DNA of 64,000 nucleotides, taken from positions 1-64,000 of the forward strand of contig JBBDYC010000011.1 of assembly GCA_040901985.1 (NCBI GenBank), written 5' to 3'. Shown piece by piece: positions 1-7,119 of this stretch (position 1 is the first letter of the stretch; each line of letters starts with the position of its first letter). The position numbers and the translations under genes were made by a program. This DNA comes from Gemmatimonadaceae bacterium. GTDB taxonomy: Bacteria > Gemmatimonadota > Gemmatimonadetes > Gemmatimonadales > Gemmatimonadaceae. The notes beneath the pieces were generated by a model. That model saw only the letters and a list, made by a program, of their open reading frames with translations, was not told where the DNA came from and ran no database searches.

Positions 1-68
1 TCGAGGAGCTAACCCACGAGGGATCGGGGGGCCAGCCCAGTCATAACTTCTATACGCGCGCCTGACGC

Positions 69-110
69 TTGCGAGGATGAGCGGAGTTCTGTACATTATT
101 CCGTACTGAA
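69..110 (+). promoter_or_regulatory. Putative sigma70 promoter with overlapping operator for TA cassette 1
   Basis: TTGCGA (69-74), 17 nt spacer, TACATT (92-97). Imperfect inverted repeat ttctgtac...gtactgaa overlaps the -10, typical of Phd/YefM autorepression. Confidence 0.55.
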
Positions 111-134
111 CCGCCGCCCTGACCCGAGGCCCGC

Positions 135-416
135 ATGCCCAAGTTGAAGCCCAGTCGCGACATCCAGCCCGTCACCGAGTTCCGGGCCAACGCGGCCCAG
201 TTCATCGAACAGGTCCAGGCGACGGGCGAGCCTGTCATCCTTACTCAACATGGGCGCAGCGCCGCCGTGCTCTTGGATGTCGCATCCTACGAAGCCGTGA
301 TGGACGAACTGGCGCTCCTCCGCGATGTCCGTGAGGCTGAGGCGCAGGTGGCTGCGGGCAAGGGCGCGACCCATGCAGCCGTCGCGAAGAAGCTCCGGGC
401 GCGCCTCGCGCGGTGA
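135..416 (+). CDS. Type II antitoxin, Phd/YefM family
   Basis: 'PVTEFRANAAQFIEQVQATGEPVILTQHGRSAAVL' is a Phd/YefM signature; GTGA overlap with the downstream toxin. Confidence 0.9.
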   Translation: MPKLKPSRDIQPVTEFRANAAQFIEQVQATGEPVILTQHGRSAAVLLDVASYEAVMDELALLRDVREAEAQVAAGKGATHAAVAKKLRARLAR

Positions 417-715
417 AAGTCGTCTGGTCGCCGCTCGCGGAGCGGCGCGCGCTGGCCGCGGTCGACTTTATCGCGCAGGACCGCCCGCAGGCGGTACTCG
501 CGTGGCTTGAGGAATTGCTCGACCGAGTCGGCCGGCTTGATCGATTCGCCCGCCGTGGTCGCGTGGTGCGCGAGATCGGGCGGGCGGAGTATCGCGAAAT
601 ACTCCACGCCCCCTACCGCGTGATCTATCGCGTGGACGCGAGTCGTGTCGTGATCCTCACGCTGCGGCACTGGCGGCGCGAGTGGGACCCTGCTGAGGTG
701 CCCGTCGGCGTATAG
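413..715 (+). CDS. Type II toxin, RelE/ParE family
   Basis: 'MKVVWSPLA...GRVVREI...YREIL..PYRVIYRV...VVILTLRH' RelE/ParE pattern; translationally coupled to the antitoxin. Confidence 0.88.
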   Translation: MKVVWSPLAERRALAAVDFIAQDRPQAVLAWLEELLDRVGRLDRFARRGRVVREIGRAEYREILHAPYRVIYRVDASRVVILTLRHWRREWDPAEVPVGV

Positions 716-804
716 CGCCGCTTGGTACTGACGGCCACGCTATTGAAGCGGCCGCTTCGCGGCCGCCTTTTATTGAGTGTCCGCAGCACAGGCCAACGTT
801 AGAA
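710..804 (+). repeat. attC-like recombination site 1
   Basis: Degenerate R'' GTATAGC overlaps the toxin stop codon; central hairpin gcggccgc-ttc-gcggccgc; R' GTTAGAA at 798-804. Left arm is almost identical to attC3. Confidence 0.8.
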
Positions 805-1003
805 CGCCTTCCACTGGCAGGCAGTCACGCAGCGCCATTTGGCGACCACTGAATGACGTGAAGTGGGGGCACAGAAGTCACCGCCGAGTGCCCGCGGTGA
901 AACCAGATTGGCGAGCGATCTTGGGGCGGAGAAGGAAGAGACGATGGGAAGAGCGGCCGCTACCGGCCAACACGTCCACACTCACCGCTGAAAAGGACAA
1001 TGT

Positions 1004-1393
1004 ATGCACGGCACCGCTGGCAGTAGACGAAAGGCCGCGATAACGACTTTGAGAGTAGTGCTCGGCCTCGCATTCCTGACGATAGCAGCGGTGAAACTTA
1101 CCGGATCCTTGCAGACGCCTCAGATGTTCGCAAACATTGGCTGGGGTCAGTGGTTCCGTTACTTCACTGGCGCGCTCGATCTCATTGGCGCCGTCTTGGT
1201 ATTGTTGCCTCGGTCGGCATTCCATGGAGCGCTGATTCTGATGTGCACGGTGGGCTTTGCGGTCGTGCTGACGTTCGCCGGCCGAATAAACGACAGTCCA
1301 CTGGCTCCGCTGGCCCTGACGGTGATTGCCGCAGCGGTGGCCTGGGTGACTCGCCCGGGCGGAGAGCGTTCGGGTCTGGCGGATCCGGGGTGA
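1004..1393 (+). CDS. DoxX-family membrane protein (gene cassette)
   Basis: Four hydrophobic segments; 'KLTG...MFANIGWGQWFRYFTGALDLIGAVLVLLPR' is DoxX-like; AAGGA RBS; lies between attC1 and attC2. Confidence 0.8.
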   Translation: MHGTAGSRRKAAITTLRVVLGLAFLTIAAVKLTGSLQTPQMFANIGWGQWFRYFTGALDLIGAVLVLLPRSAFHGALILMCTVGFAVVLTFAGRINDSPLAPLALTVIAAAVAWVTRPGGERSGLADPG

Positions 1394-1452
1394 GATGGCA
1401 TCCGAGCGCTCAACACGACAGCGATAGGGCAGCCGTCACCAACTCGTCGGCG

Positions 1453-1518
1453 TTCTGACGAGGCGTTGCACCTGACAGCGCGCTTCGCGCGCCGCGGGTG
1501 AACGCCAGGACGTTAGCG
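1453..1518 (+). repeat. attC-like recombination site 2 (short, 66 bp)
   Basis: R'' TTCTGAC; L boxes gttgcacctg / cgggtgaac; hairpin gcgcg-cttc-gcgcgc; R' GTTAGCG. ggcgttctgac (1449-1459) is the reverse complement (10/11) of gttagaacgcc (798-808), as expected for the two ends of one cassette. Confidence 0.8.
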
Positions 1519-1533
1519 AGACCCGCGCGCATG

Positions 1534-1794
1534 CTAGCGCCGGTACCCCTCGCGTCGGTTGCCGATGCGCACGACAGTCACGACGAGCTGCTCATCCACA
1601 ATTTCGTATGGGATCCGGTAGTCGCCCTGCCGAAGTCGGTACTTGTCGTCGCCACTGAGCTTTTCGGCTCCAGCAGGTCGTGGATTCCCGGCCAGTGCGC
1701 CGATTCGCCGCACGATTCGCTGCCGGTCCTTCGTCGGCACGCCTTCGAGCTCCTTGGCGGCCGACCGGGTCAGCTGGATGCTATAGCTTGCCAC
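1534..1794 (-). CDS. Type II toxin, RelE/StbE family
   Basis: 'YSIQLTRSAAKEL...NPRPAGAEKLSGDDKYRLRQGDYRI.YEI.D..LVVTVVRIGNRRE' is classic RelE. Confidence 0.9.
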   Translation of the reverse strand: MASYSIQLTRSAAKELEGVPTKDRQRIVRRIGALAGNPRPAGAEKLSGDDKYRLRQGDYRIPYEIVDEQLVVTVVRIGNRREGYRR

Positions 1795-2011
1795 GCTTCT
1801 TCAGATCGCGCACGACGGACTCGAAGGACACACGGGGTTCCTTCGCGCGATCACGAAATGCCGCGAGGTCATCGGCATCCTCGGCCAAGCTGTGACGAAC
1901 GGCCGCGTTGACGAGTTCGGACACACTCGCTTCAGTCTCCGCACTCTTGAGCCGGAGTGCCCGATGAAGCGGGGCCTCGAGGTAGATGGTGGCGCGTTTG
2001 GTTGCAGACAT
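1781..2011 (-). CDS. Ribbon-helix-helix (CopG-like) antitoxin
   Basis: 'KRATIYLEAPLHRALRLKSAETEASVSELVNAAVR' RHH pattern; overlaps the relE start. Confidence 0.85.
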   Translation of the reverse strand: MSATKRATIYLEAPLHRALRLKSAETEASVSELVNAAVRHSLAEDADDLAAFRDRAKEPRVSFESVVRDLKKRGKL

Positions 2012-2017
2012 AGGTAA

Positions 2018-2046
2018 AGCATAGCGTTATGACGTCTTAACGTCAA
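2018..2046 (-). promoter_or_regulatory. sigma70 promoter and operator of TA cassette 2 (probably leaderless)
   Basis: Minus strand TTGACG - 17 nt - TATGCT, with ATG 6 nt downstream; near-palindrome cgttatgacgtcttaacg in the spacer. Confidence 0.7.
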
Positions 2047-2053
2047 GTGGGCT

Positions 2054-2147
2054 CGCTAACGCCGCTTGGTACTGACGGCCACGCCATTGAAGCGGCCGCT
2101 CCGCGGAAGCATTATTGGAGCATCCACAGCACAGCCATACGTTCACC
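2054..2147 (+). repeat. attC-like recombination site 3
   Basis: R'' CGCTAAC. ctcgctaac (2052-2060) is the exact reverse complement of gttagcgag (1512-1520). Left arm gccgcttggtactgacggccacgc is shared with attC1. Degenerate R' GTTCACC. Confidence 0.8.
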
Positions 2148-2159
2148 CGAGACGCCTCG

Positions 2160-2684
2160 ATGCGATTCAAGCTCCGTTTCCTTCCGCATCGCATTGGCGA
2201 CTGGGCTGACAAGTATGGTGACGCGATGGATGACGCCGATCCGACCGAAGTCGGCGCCGCGGCGAAGAAGCGTGGTTTCCTGGAGAAGGCTGAGTTTCTC
2301 ACGGTCGCCCGCTGGAAGACGCCGCGCTCACAGTCGCTCTGCGCTTCGAATCCCCCGGAGTATGTCCGTGAAGTCACGAGCGTCGCGCTCGAAACCAAGA
2401 ATGAGCGGCTCGCCATCGAGGTGCTCACGCTGCTGCGCGGCGTCAGCTGGCCCACGGCCTCGGTGTTCCTCCACTTCTGCTCGCCGCGGCAGTACCCAAT
2501 CCTCGACTTCCGCGCGTTGTGGTCGTTGTCCTGCGACGCGACGCCTGCGGACTACAATTACGCGCTCTGGCAGGCGTACGTCGAGCACACGAGAGCCCTG
2601 GCCAAAGCCTCGGGAGTCAGCATGCGCGAACTCGACCGCGCGCTTTGGGCGTACTCGAAGTGGCATCAGCCCGCGGGATCATAA
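2160..2684 (+). CDS. Uncharacterised helix-hairpin-helix DNA-glycosylase-like protein (gene cassette)
   Basis: 'LTLLRGVSWPTASVFLHF...YPILDFRA' resembles the HhH motif followed by a P-x-x-D catalytic loop; stop codon overlaps R'' of attC4. Confidence 0.6.
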   Translation: MRFKLRFLPHRIGDWADKYGDAMDDADPTEVGAAAKKRGFLEKAEFLTVARWKTPRSQSLCASNPPEYVREVTSVALETKNERLAIEVLTLLRGVSWPTASVFLHFCSPRQYPILDFRALWSLSCDATPADYNYALWQAYVEHTRALAKASGVSMRELDRALWAYSKWHQPAGS

Positions 2685-2923
2685 CGGTGCTTGGCACCGA
2701 TTGCCGCGCCATTGAAGCGGCCGCTGCGCCGCCGCGAGATTCGGACGTCGCGCCGCTCACCACTGGCAGCCATTCCCATCCGTTTCGCATACCGGTGTGC
2801 TTCGGCGGCAACGACGGTCCTGTGGTTCTTGATCAACTCCCCATCGTGGAGCGTGAGCCGGTCTAGCGGCCGCCTCACAACTGCTTTTTATTGAAGCGTC
2901 CACAGCACGAGCCCACGTCGTAC
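2679..2923 (+). repeat. attC-like site 4, split by ~135 bp of unrelated sequence
   Basis: Left arm tcataac-ggtgcttggcaccga...cattgaagcggccgc (2679-2725) and right arm gcggccgc...tttttattgaagcgtccacagcacgagcccacgtc (2866-2919) match the arms of attC1/attC3. Confidence 0.6.
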
Positions 2924-2943
2924 CTATCGAGGAGAGATTGCCG

Positions 2944-3138
2944 ATGGCGCAGGGTCGCAAGCTGACACGGTCGGACAATGCGATGATCGCCGGCGTCTGC
3001 GGGGGTCTCGCGGCGTACTTCGACGTGTCCCCGACAAGTATGCGCGTCGCCTATGTCGCGCTCTCGCTGCTGACCGTGGGCTTTCCCGGGGTACTCGTCT
3101 ACGTCATCCTGTGGTTGGTGTTGCCAAAAAGAGGGTAG
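2944..3138 (+). CDS. pspC: PspC domain protein
   Basis: 'KLTRSDNAMIAGVCGGLAAYFDVSPT..RVAYV...YVILWLVLP' is the PspC signature; GAGGAG RBS. Confidence 0.9.
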   Translation: MAQGRKLTRSDNAMIAGVCGGLAAYFDVSPTSMRVAYVALSLLTVGFPGVLVYVILWLVLPKRG

Positions 3139-3179
3139 CCGCCTCCGCCTCGCCGACTTCCGTGCCGGCGCATCTTGGA

Positions 3180-3387
3180 GCGGCGTCAGGTACTCGCGGT
3201 TCTGCCGCCAGACGTTGCGGCGTACCTCTCGGCGGAGCGTCCGGAGGGCGTACCTTTCCTGCAGGGTGATTTGGGCGTAGGTCCTGGCTTCCCATCTCTT
3301 GGAGGAGGATTGAAGCCTAGCCTGCCCCACGTCACCTCACCCGCTTTCGCGGGTGTGGACGGTGTTGCCTCACTATGGGAATGCACG
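3180..3387 (-). pseudogene. Decayed IS30-family element (left end plus transposase N-terminal fragment)
   Basis: 'RTYAQITLQERYAL..RREVRRN' matches the IS30 transposase N-terminus with the HTH core missing. ggtgttgcctcactatgggaatgcacg (3361-3387) resembles an IS30 terminal inverted repeat. Confidence 0.55.
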
Positions 3388-3532
3388 CGGTCCAACGTGG
3401 AGGTGAACCTGATTGGCGCTCCTCGACAGCGGCTGGCAGGCGCGTCTCGTGAGCCGCATCATAATTGGGTGCGCCGGCAGGTTGACTCCGACCTTCGTTT
3501 TCTGCCATCCCATCACATCGACCGGAGGTTCA

Positions 3533-3570
3533 ATGAGCCGTGCTCTCTCGTTTGCCCTCGTTGCGCTAGT
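3533..3570 (+). pseudogene. 5' stub of a secreted-protein gene truncated at the IS481 boundary
   Basis: GGAGG RBS + ATG encoding the signal-peptide-like MSRALSFALVAL runs into the IS end; no continuation after the IS. Confidence 0.45.
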
Positions 3571-4602
3571 TGTTGTTGATCAGGACGTTGTTCACAGGAC
3601 CTGAGCGAGCCGCGCGTGGGGGGTGAGGCCGCGGATGCCGTAGTGGCCCCGCTGGTGATTGTAATACTGCAGGAAGCGCGGCAGGGCGAGGGTGCGCCAC
3701 GCGGAGAAGCGGTAGGCCTGCGTGTACGCCCAGAGCTGCAGCATCGTGCGGATGAAGCGCTCCGCCTTGCCGTTCGTGCGCGGCGTATAGGGCCGCGTGC
3801 GCTTGTGGACGAGGGCGTGCGTCGCGACGGCCCTGCGGAAGTCCCGACTCCGATAGTTCGTGCCGTTGTCCGTGAGCAGGCGCCGGACCCGCACGCCGCG
3901 CGCGCGGAAGAAGGCGAGCGCGCGGCGCAGGAACCCCACGGTGGTCGCCCCCGTCTCGTCCGGGAGCACCTCGGCGTAGGCGACCCGCGAGGCGTCATCC
4001 ACCGCCACGTGCGTGTACTCCCAGCCGATCCCGCGCGTCGCGCGCCGCCGATCGCCGTGGATGCGATGCCCGACGCGGCCGATCCTCCCGAGCTTCTTGA
4101 CGTCGAGGTGCAGCAGATCGCCCGCGCGCGGCCACTCATAGCGCACGATCGGCCGGGGTGGGGTCAGGGCCGCGAGCCGCGCCAGGCCGAGCCGGCGCTG
4201 CTCGCGCACGACCGACGCGATCGGGAGACGCAGGTCGGACGCGATCCGGCACGAGCTCCAGCCCTGCCGCCGGCGCCGCGCAATCTGGCGCCGTCGCACG
4301 CGGCCCACCCGCCGCGGACACCGGTGGGGACGCGACGAGCGATCCCGGAGCGCCGCCTCTCCCGCCCGGTACCGCCGCTGCCACGTGTAGACCGTCCGGC
4401 GGGACACCCCGAACTCCCGCGCCAGCGCGCTGATGTCCGCGCCCGGGCGATTGGCGCGGTGGCCAAGCTCCCGTCGCCGAACGACGGTCAATCGTGCATT
4501 CTTGTGGATGTTCACAGGTCCTCTGGCGGTTGCCGGTTGAGTGTCCAGACAACCCCGTCTTGGCGCCGCTACGACCTGTGAACAACCTCTTGATCAACTA
4601 CA
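3571..4602 (-). mobile_element. IS481-family insertion sequence
   Basis: 26-bp terminal IRs tgttgttgatcaggacgttgttcaca / tgtgaacaacctcttgatcaactaca (23/26) with TGT...ACA ends; flanked by gctagt and gctaga (NCTAGN target). Confidence 0.93.
3592..4515 (-). CDS. IS481-family DDE transposase
   Basis: 'MNIHKNARLT', 'GDLLHLDVKKLGRI', 'AVDDASR', 'LTDNG', 'RPYTPRTNGKAERF'. Confidence 0.95.
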   Translation of the reverse strand: MNIHKNARLTVVRRRELGHRANRPGADISALAREFGVSRRTVYTWQRRYRAGEAALRDRSSRPHRCPRRVGRVRRRQIARRRRQGWSSCRIASDLRLPIASVVREQRRLGLARLAALTPPRPIVRYEWPRAGDLLHLDVKKLGRIGRVGHRIHGDRRRATRGIGWEYTHVAVDDASRVAYAEVLPDETGATTVGFLRRALAFFRARGVRVRRLLTDNGTNYRSRDFRRAVATHALVHKRTRPYTPRTNGKAERFIRTMLQLWAYTQAYRFSAWRTLALPRFLQYYNHQRGHYGIRGLTPHARLAQVL

Positions 4603-4625
4603 GCTAGACGAGAGATGAGGACAAC

Positions 4626-5009
4626 GTGATTGAAGGCGTCGTGGCGATGCTTGCCGGATTGCTGCTGATTTCACCGCTCATCCGCGGTGGGTCGGCTGCG
4701 GGCAGGGCCGTAAACCGGCTCGCACCGTTCGATGCCGTGATCGGTGTTGTCGCTGTGGTAGTTGGCGTGCTCAACATTACGAGTATCACCGGTCTGGTCC
4801 TTCTCGCCGCTGGCCTCATACTGGCGGCCGGCGCGCTCGCGCAGATACCCGCGGTTGGACATCACCTCAAGCGTGCCGGGGACGCGCTCCGACCGTTCCG
4901 AATTGCACTTGGTGCAGTCGTGCTGGTGATCGGCGTGATGGCTTTGCTTGGGGTTCTCGGTAGCGGGCCGCCACCAGGCCGCGGGCCACCGCCGGGCCGG
5001 GGACCCTGA
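4626..5009 (+). CDS. Hypothetical membrane protein (4 TM, Pro/Gly tail)
   Basis: GAGGA RBS + GTG; four hydrophobic helices. Confidence 0.65.
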   Translation: MIEGVVAMLAGLLLISPLIRGGSAAGRAVNRLAPFDAVIGVVAVVVGVLNITSITGLVLLAAGLILAAGALAQIPAVGHHLKRAGDALRPFRIALGAVVLVIGVMALLGVLGSGPPPGRGPPPGRGP

Positions 5010-5234
5010 TGGTGCGGCATCACGGGCCGCGACTCGGCGAGCGGTACGCCGCGTGGCGCGAGCGGTAGCAGTTGCATCCCACTTCGGATGAACGCTGGTT
5101 CGCTTCGAGTTCGGGCTCGCGGAGGCAGCTTGACTCCCCTTGCGACGCCGTGTGACCAAGGCCAGTATCAGTCAGGCGCCACTCGGTAGTGTCTCGGTGT
5201 GGCGTCAACAACTCAAAGCAACGGCGGAGCGCAG

Positions 5235-6224
5235 ATGCAGGCCACTGGCCCGTTCCTGGAGTCGCTCCCGCGCGCCGTCGCGCGGTTGGCACTTCTCACC
5301 GCCGTTGTGCTCGTCGGCGCCTGCGGCGGCTCGGAGGGAACCGGCCCCGGTGACCCCGGCGGCGGGACGCTCACCGGTCCCGGACTGACCTGGACTGCCG
5401 TGACCGCTCCAACAGGCACGTCAACGTGGCGAGGCGTGGCCTACGGCAACGCTGTCTGGGTCGCGGTCGGCAATGGGTATCGCGCCACGAGTGCCACTGG
5501 AACGGGATGGGCCTCCCTTGCGACGCCGAGCAGCTACCACTTCCAGAGTGCCGTCGCGTTTGCGAACGGCGTCTTCATCGCCCCGAGCGCGCTCGGCGTG
5601 AGTTCCAGCTCCGACGGGGTCGCGTGGACCAACCAACTGCTCGATTCAGCGCAGCACCTGACTGCCGTCGCGTACGGGAGTGGTACGTGGGTGATGGTGG
5701 ACGACCGGTTCCTCTACACCGACATCCTCTCGTTCTACGTGAGCACCACGAACGGTGGCGGGTGGGCACAGCAGCTGACGACCATCCCCTACGCGCAGCC
5801 GACCGCGATTGCGTTCGGGAACGGCACGTTCGTGACGGTGGGCTATGGGGGATTGGTCGCGACGGCCACGAACCCGGCGACGTGGACGCAGCGCGACCTC
5901 GGGAGCGTAACCGATCTGGGGTTGATGGCGGTCACCTACGCGGACGGCAGGTTCGTCGCGGTGACGAACAGCGGGAAGGCGTACCGCAGCACGGACGGGA
6001 TCACGTGGACCAAGGCGACGGTCACCGTGAACGCGCTCTACGGGATCACCTATGGGAACGGCGTCTTCGTCGCGGTCGGCGCCGCCGGGTCAATCTTCAC
6101 GAGTCCCGACGCGGTCACGTGGACGCGGCGGACCTGGTCGGGACCCAGCGCGGATTTCGAAGACGTGGCATTCGGCGTCAACGTCTTCGTCGCGGCCGGG
6201 AACACGTTCGCGCTGTCGCAGTAG
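5235..6224 (+). CDS. Lipoprotein with repeated beta-propeller blades (WD40/YVTN/BNR-like)
   Basis: Lipobox 'LVGAC'; about seven repeats of [AG][VI]x[YF]GNGxFVAVG and S.DG.TW (Asp-box-like). Confidence 0.75.
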   Translation: MQATGPFLESLPRAVARLALLTAVVLVGACGGSEGTGPGDPGGGTLTGPGLTWTAVTAPTGTSTWRGVAYGNAVWVAVGNGYRATSATGTGWASLATPSSYHFQSAVAFANGVFIAPSALGVSSSSDGVAWTNQLLDSAQHLTAVAYGSGTWVMVDDRFLYTDILSFYVSTTNGGGWAQQLTTIPYAQPTAIAFGNGTFVTVGYGGLVATATNPATWTQRDLGSVTDLGLMAVTYADGRFVAVTNSGKAYRSTDGITWTKATVTVNALYGITYGNGVFVAVGAAGSIFTSPDAVTWTRRTWSGPSADFEDVAFGVNVFVAAGNTFALSQ

Positions 6225-6263
6225 GGCGAACGGCTCTCGGCGCACGGGCTGATGGCTGCCTGA

Positions 6264-6860
6264 CTATCGTTTCATCGGAGAGTAGGTAACGCCGACCATC
6301 AGTCGCGCACCCGACGCCGACATGTCGCTGCCCGGAATCTCGTCACCATCGAGCTTGGCGTTCTGGAACGTGCCGCCAGTGACGTTCAGTCCCACCTGCA
6401 GCGCAGTCGATCCCGAAAAGAAGTAGTTGATCCCGCCGCCAAGGGTGAACGAGGCACCGAGTTGCTGGATGTCTCCGCCGATCGTGGAATAGGCGATTGC
6501 GCGCGCGCCGACCGCGCCCTCGAGGTACGGGACGAGAGCCCGGTTGGCATTCGCGAAATTGTACGTGAGCCCGAGGTCGAGGTGTCCGAGGCCGTAGTCG
6601 CCGCCGGCGCCATCCCCCTCGATGATGAGCTTGGCGGCCTCCAGTCCCAGATACACCGTGAAGTTTGGACTGAATCCCCATCCCACGCGCCCGCCAAATC
6701 CATTTCCCTGATCTGTCTCGGCGCCGTCCTGGTCCGACTTCAGTGTGGTTCTGCTGTAGTGCAGATTTCCCACGAAGCCCTTCGTGTTGGACTCCTGGGC
6801 CTGGCCGGGCGGCGGAGCAACAATCAGCATCGCGGCGATGAGCAGACAGGTCGATCGCAT
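6264..6860 (-). CDS. Outer-membrane beta-barrel protein (OmpA/OmpW-like, 8-strand)
   Basis: Signal peptide 'MRSTCLLIAAMLIVAPPPGQAQ'; alternating beta strands, 'LVPYLEGAVG', 'GGGINYFF'; GGAGG RBS. Confidence 0.8.
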   Translation of the reverse strand: MRSTCLLIAAMLIVAPPPGQAQESNTKGFVGNLHYSRTTLKSDQDGAETDQGNGFGGRVGWGFSPNFTVYLGLEAAKLIIEGDGAGGDYGLGHLDLGLTYNFANANRALVPYLEGAVGARAIAYSTIGGDIQQLGASFTLGGGINYFFSGSTALQVGLNVTGGTFQNAKLDGDEIPGSDMSASGARLMVGVTYSPMKR

Positions 6861-7119
6861 CGAATCCTCCTTGGGGAGCGGTGACGGCCACCCGGCGGGC
6901 GCGCTTACAGTGTAGGGCCGAGTACGAAACCGGGCAACTGGTGGCGGCCGGCGCGTCATCGCGGCAGGACTTCCCGACCGACGCAACCCTCGCCACTGTT
7001 ACGTGGCGCCAATTGGAGCACGTGATCGCACAGCTCAGCGGGCGGACTCTAGGCTAGTGTGACGCGCGCCGCAGTCGCTGCAGTCGCTCCCCACCGCTGC
7101 GTAACTCCACCGGTACCCC

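Noticed and set aside
43..56. loxP-like half site (ataacttctata)
   Set aside because: One base short of the loxP arm and no second arm; chance similarity.
805..1000. Separate small cassette or ORF ahead of DoxX
   Set aside because: No convincing ORF. gcggccgc...ggccaacacgtc (953-976) faintly resembles an attC right arm but is too short, and end-complementarity supports one cassette from 799 to 1512.
710..2923. Repeats as a CRISPR array or REP elements
   Set aside because: Units are 66-95 bp imperfect palindromes separated by whole genes and carry R''/R' boxes. No cas genes or constant spacer length; attC fits better.
5010..5200. tRNA or additional attC in the intergenic region
   Set aside because: Contains ttcga-like words but no cloverleaf, and no R''/R' pair or shared attC arm.
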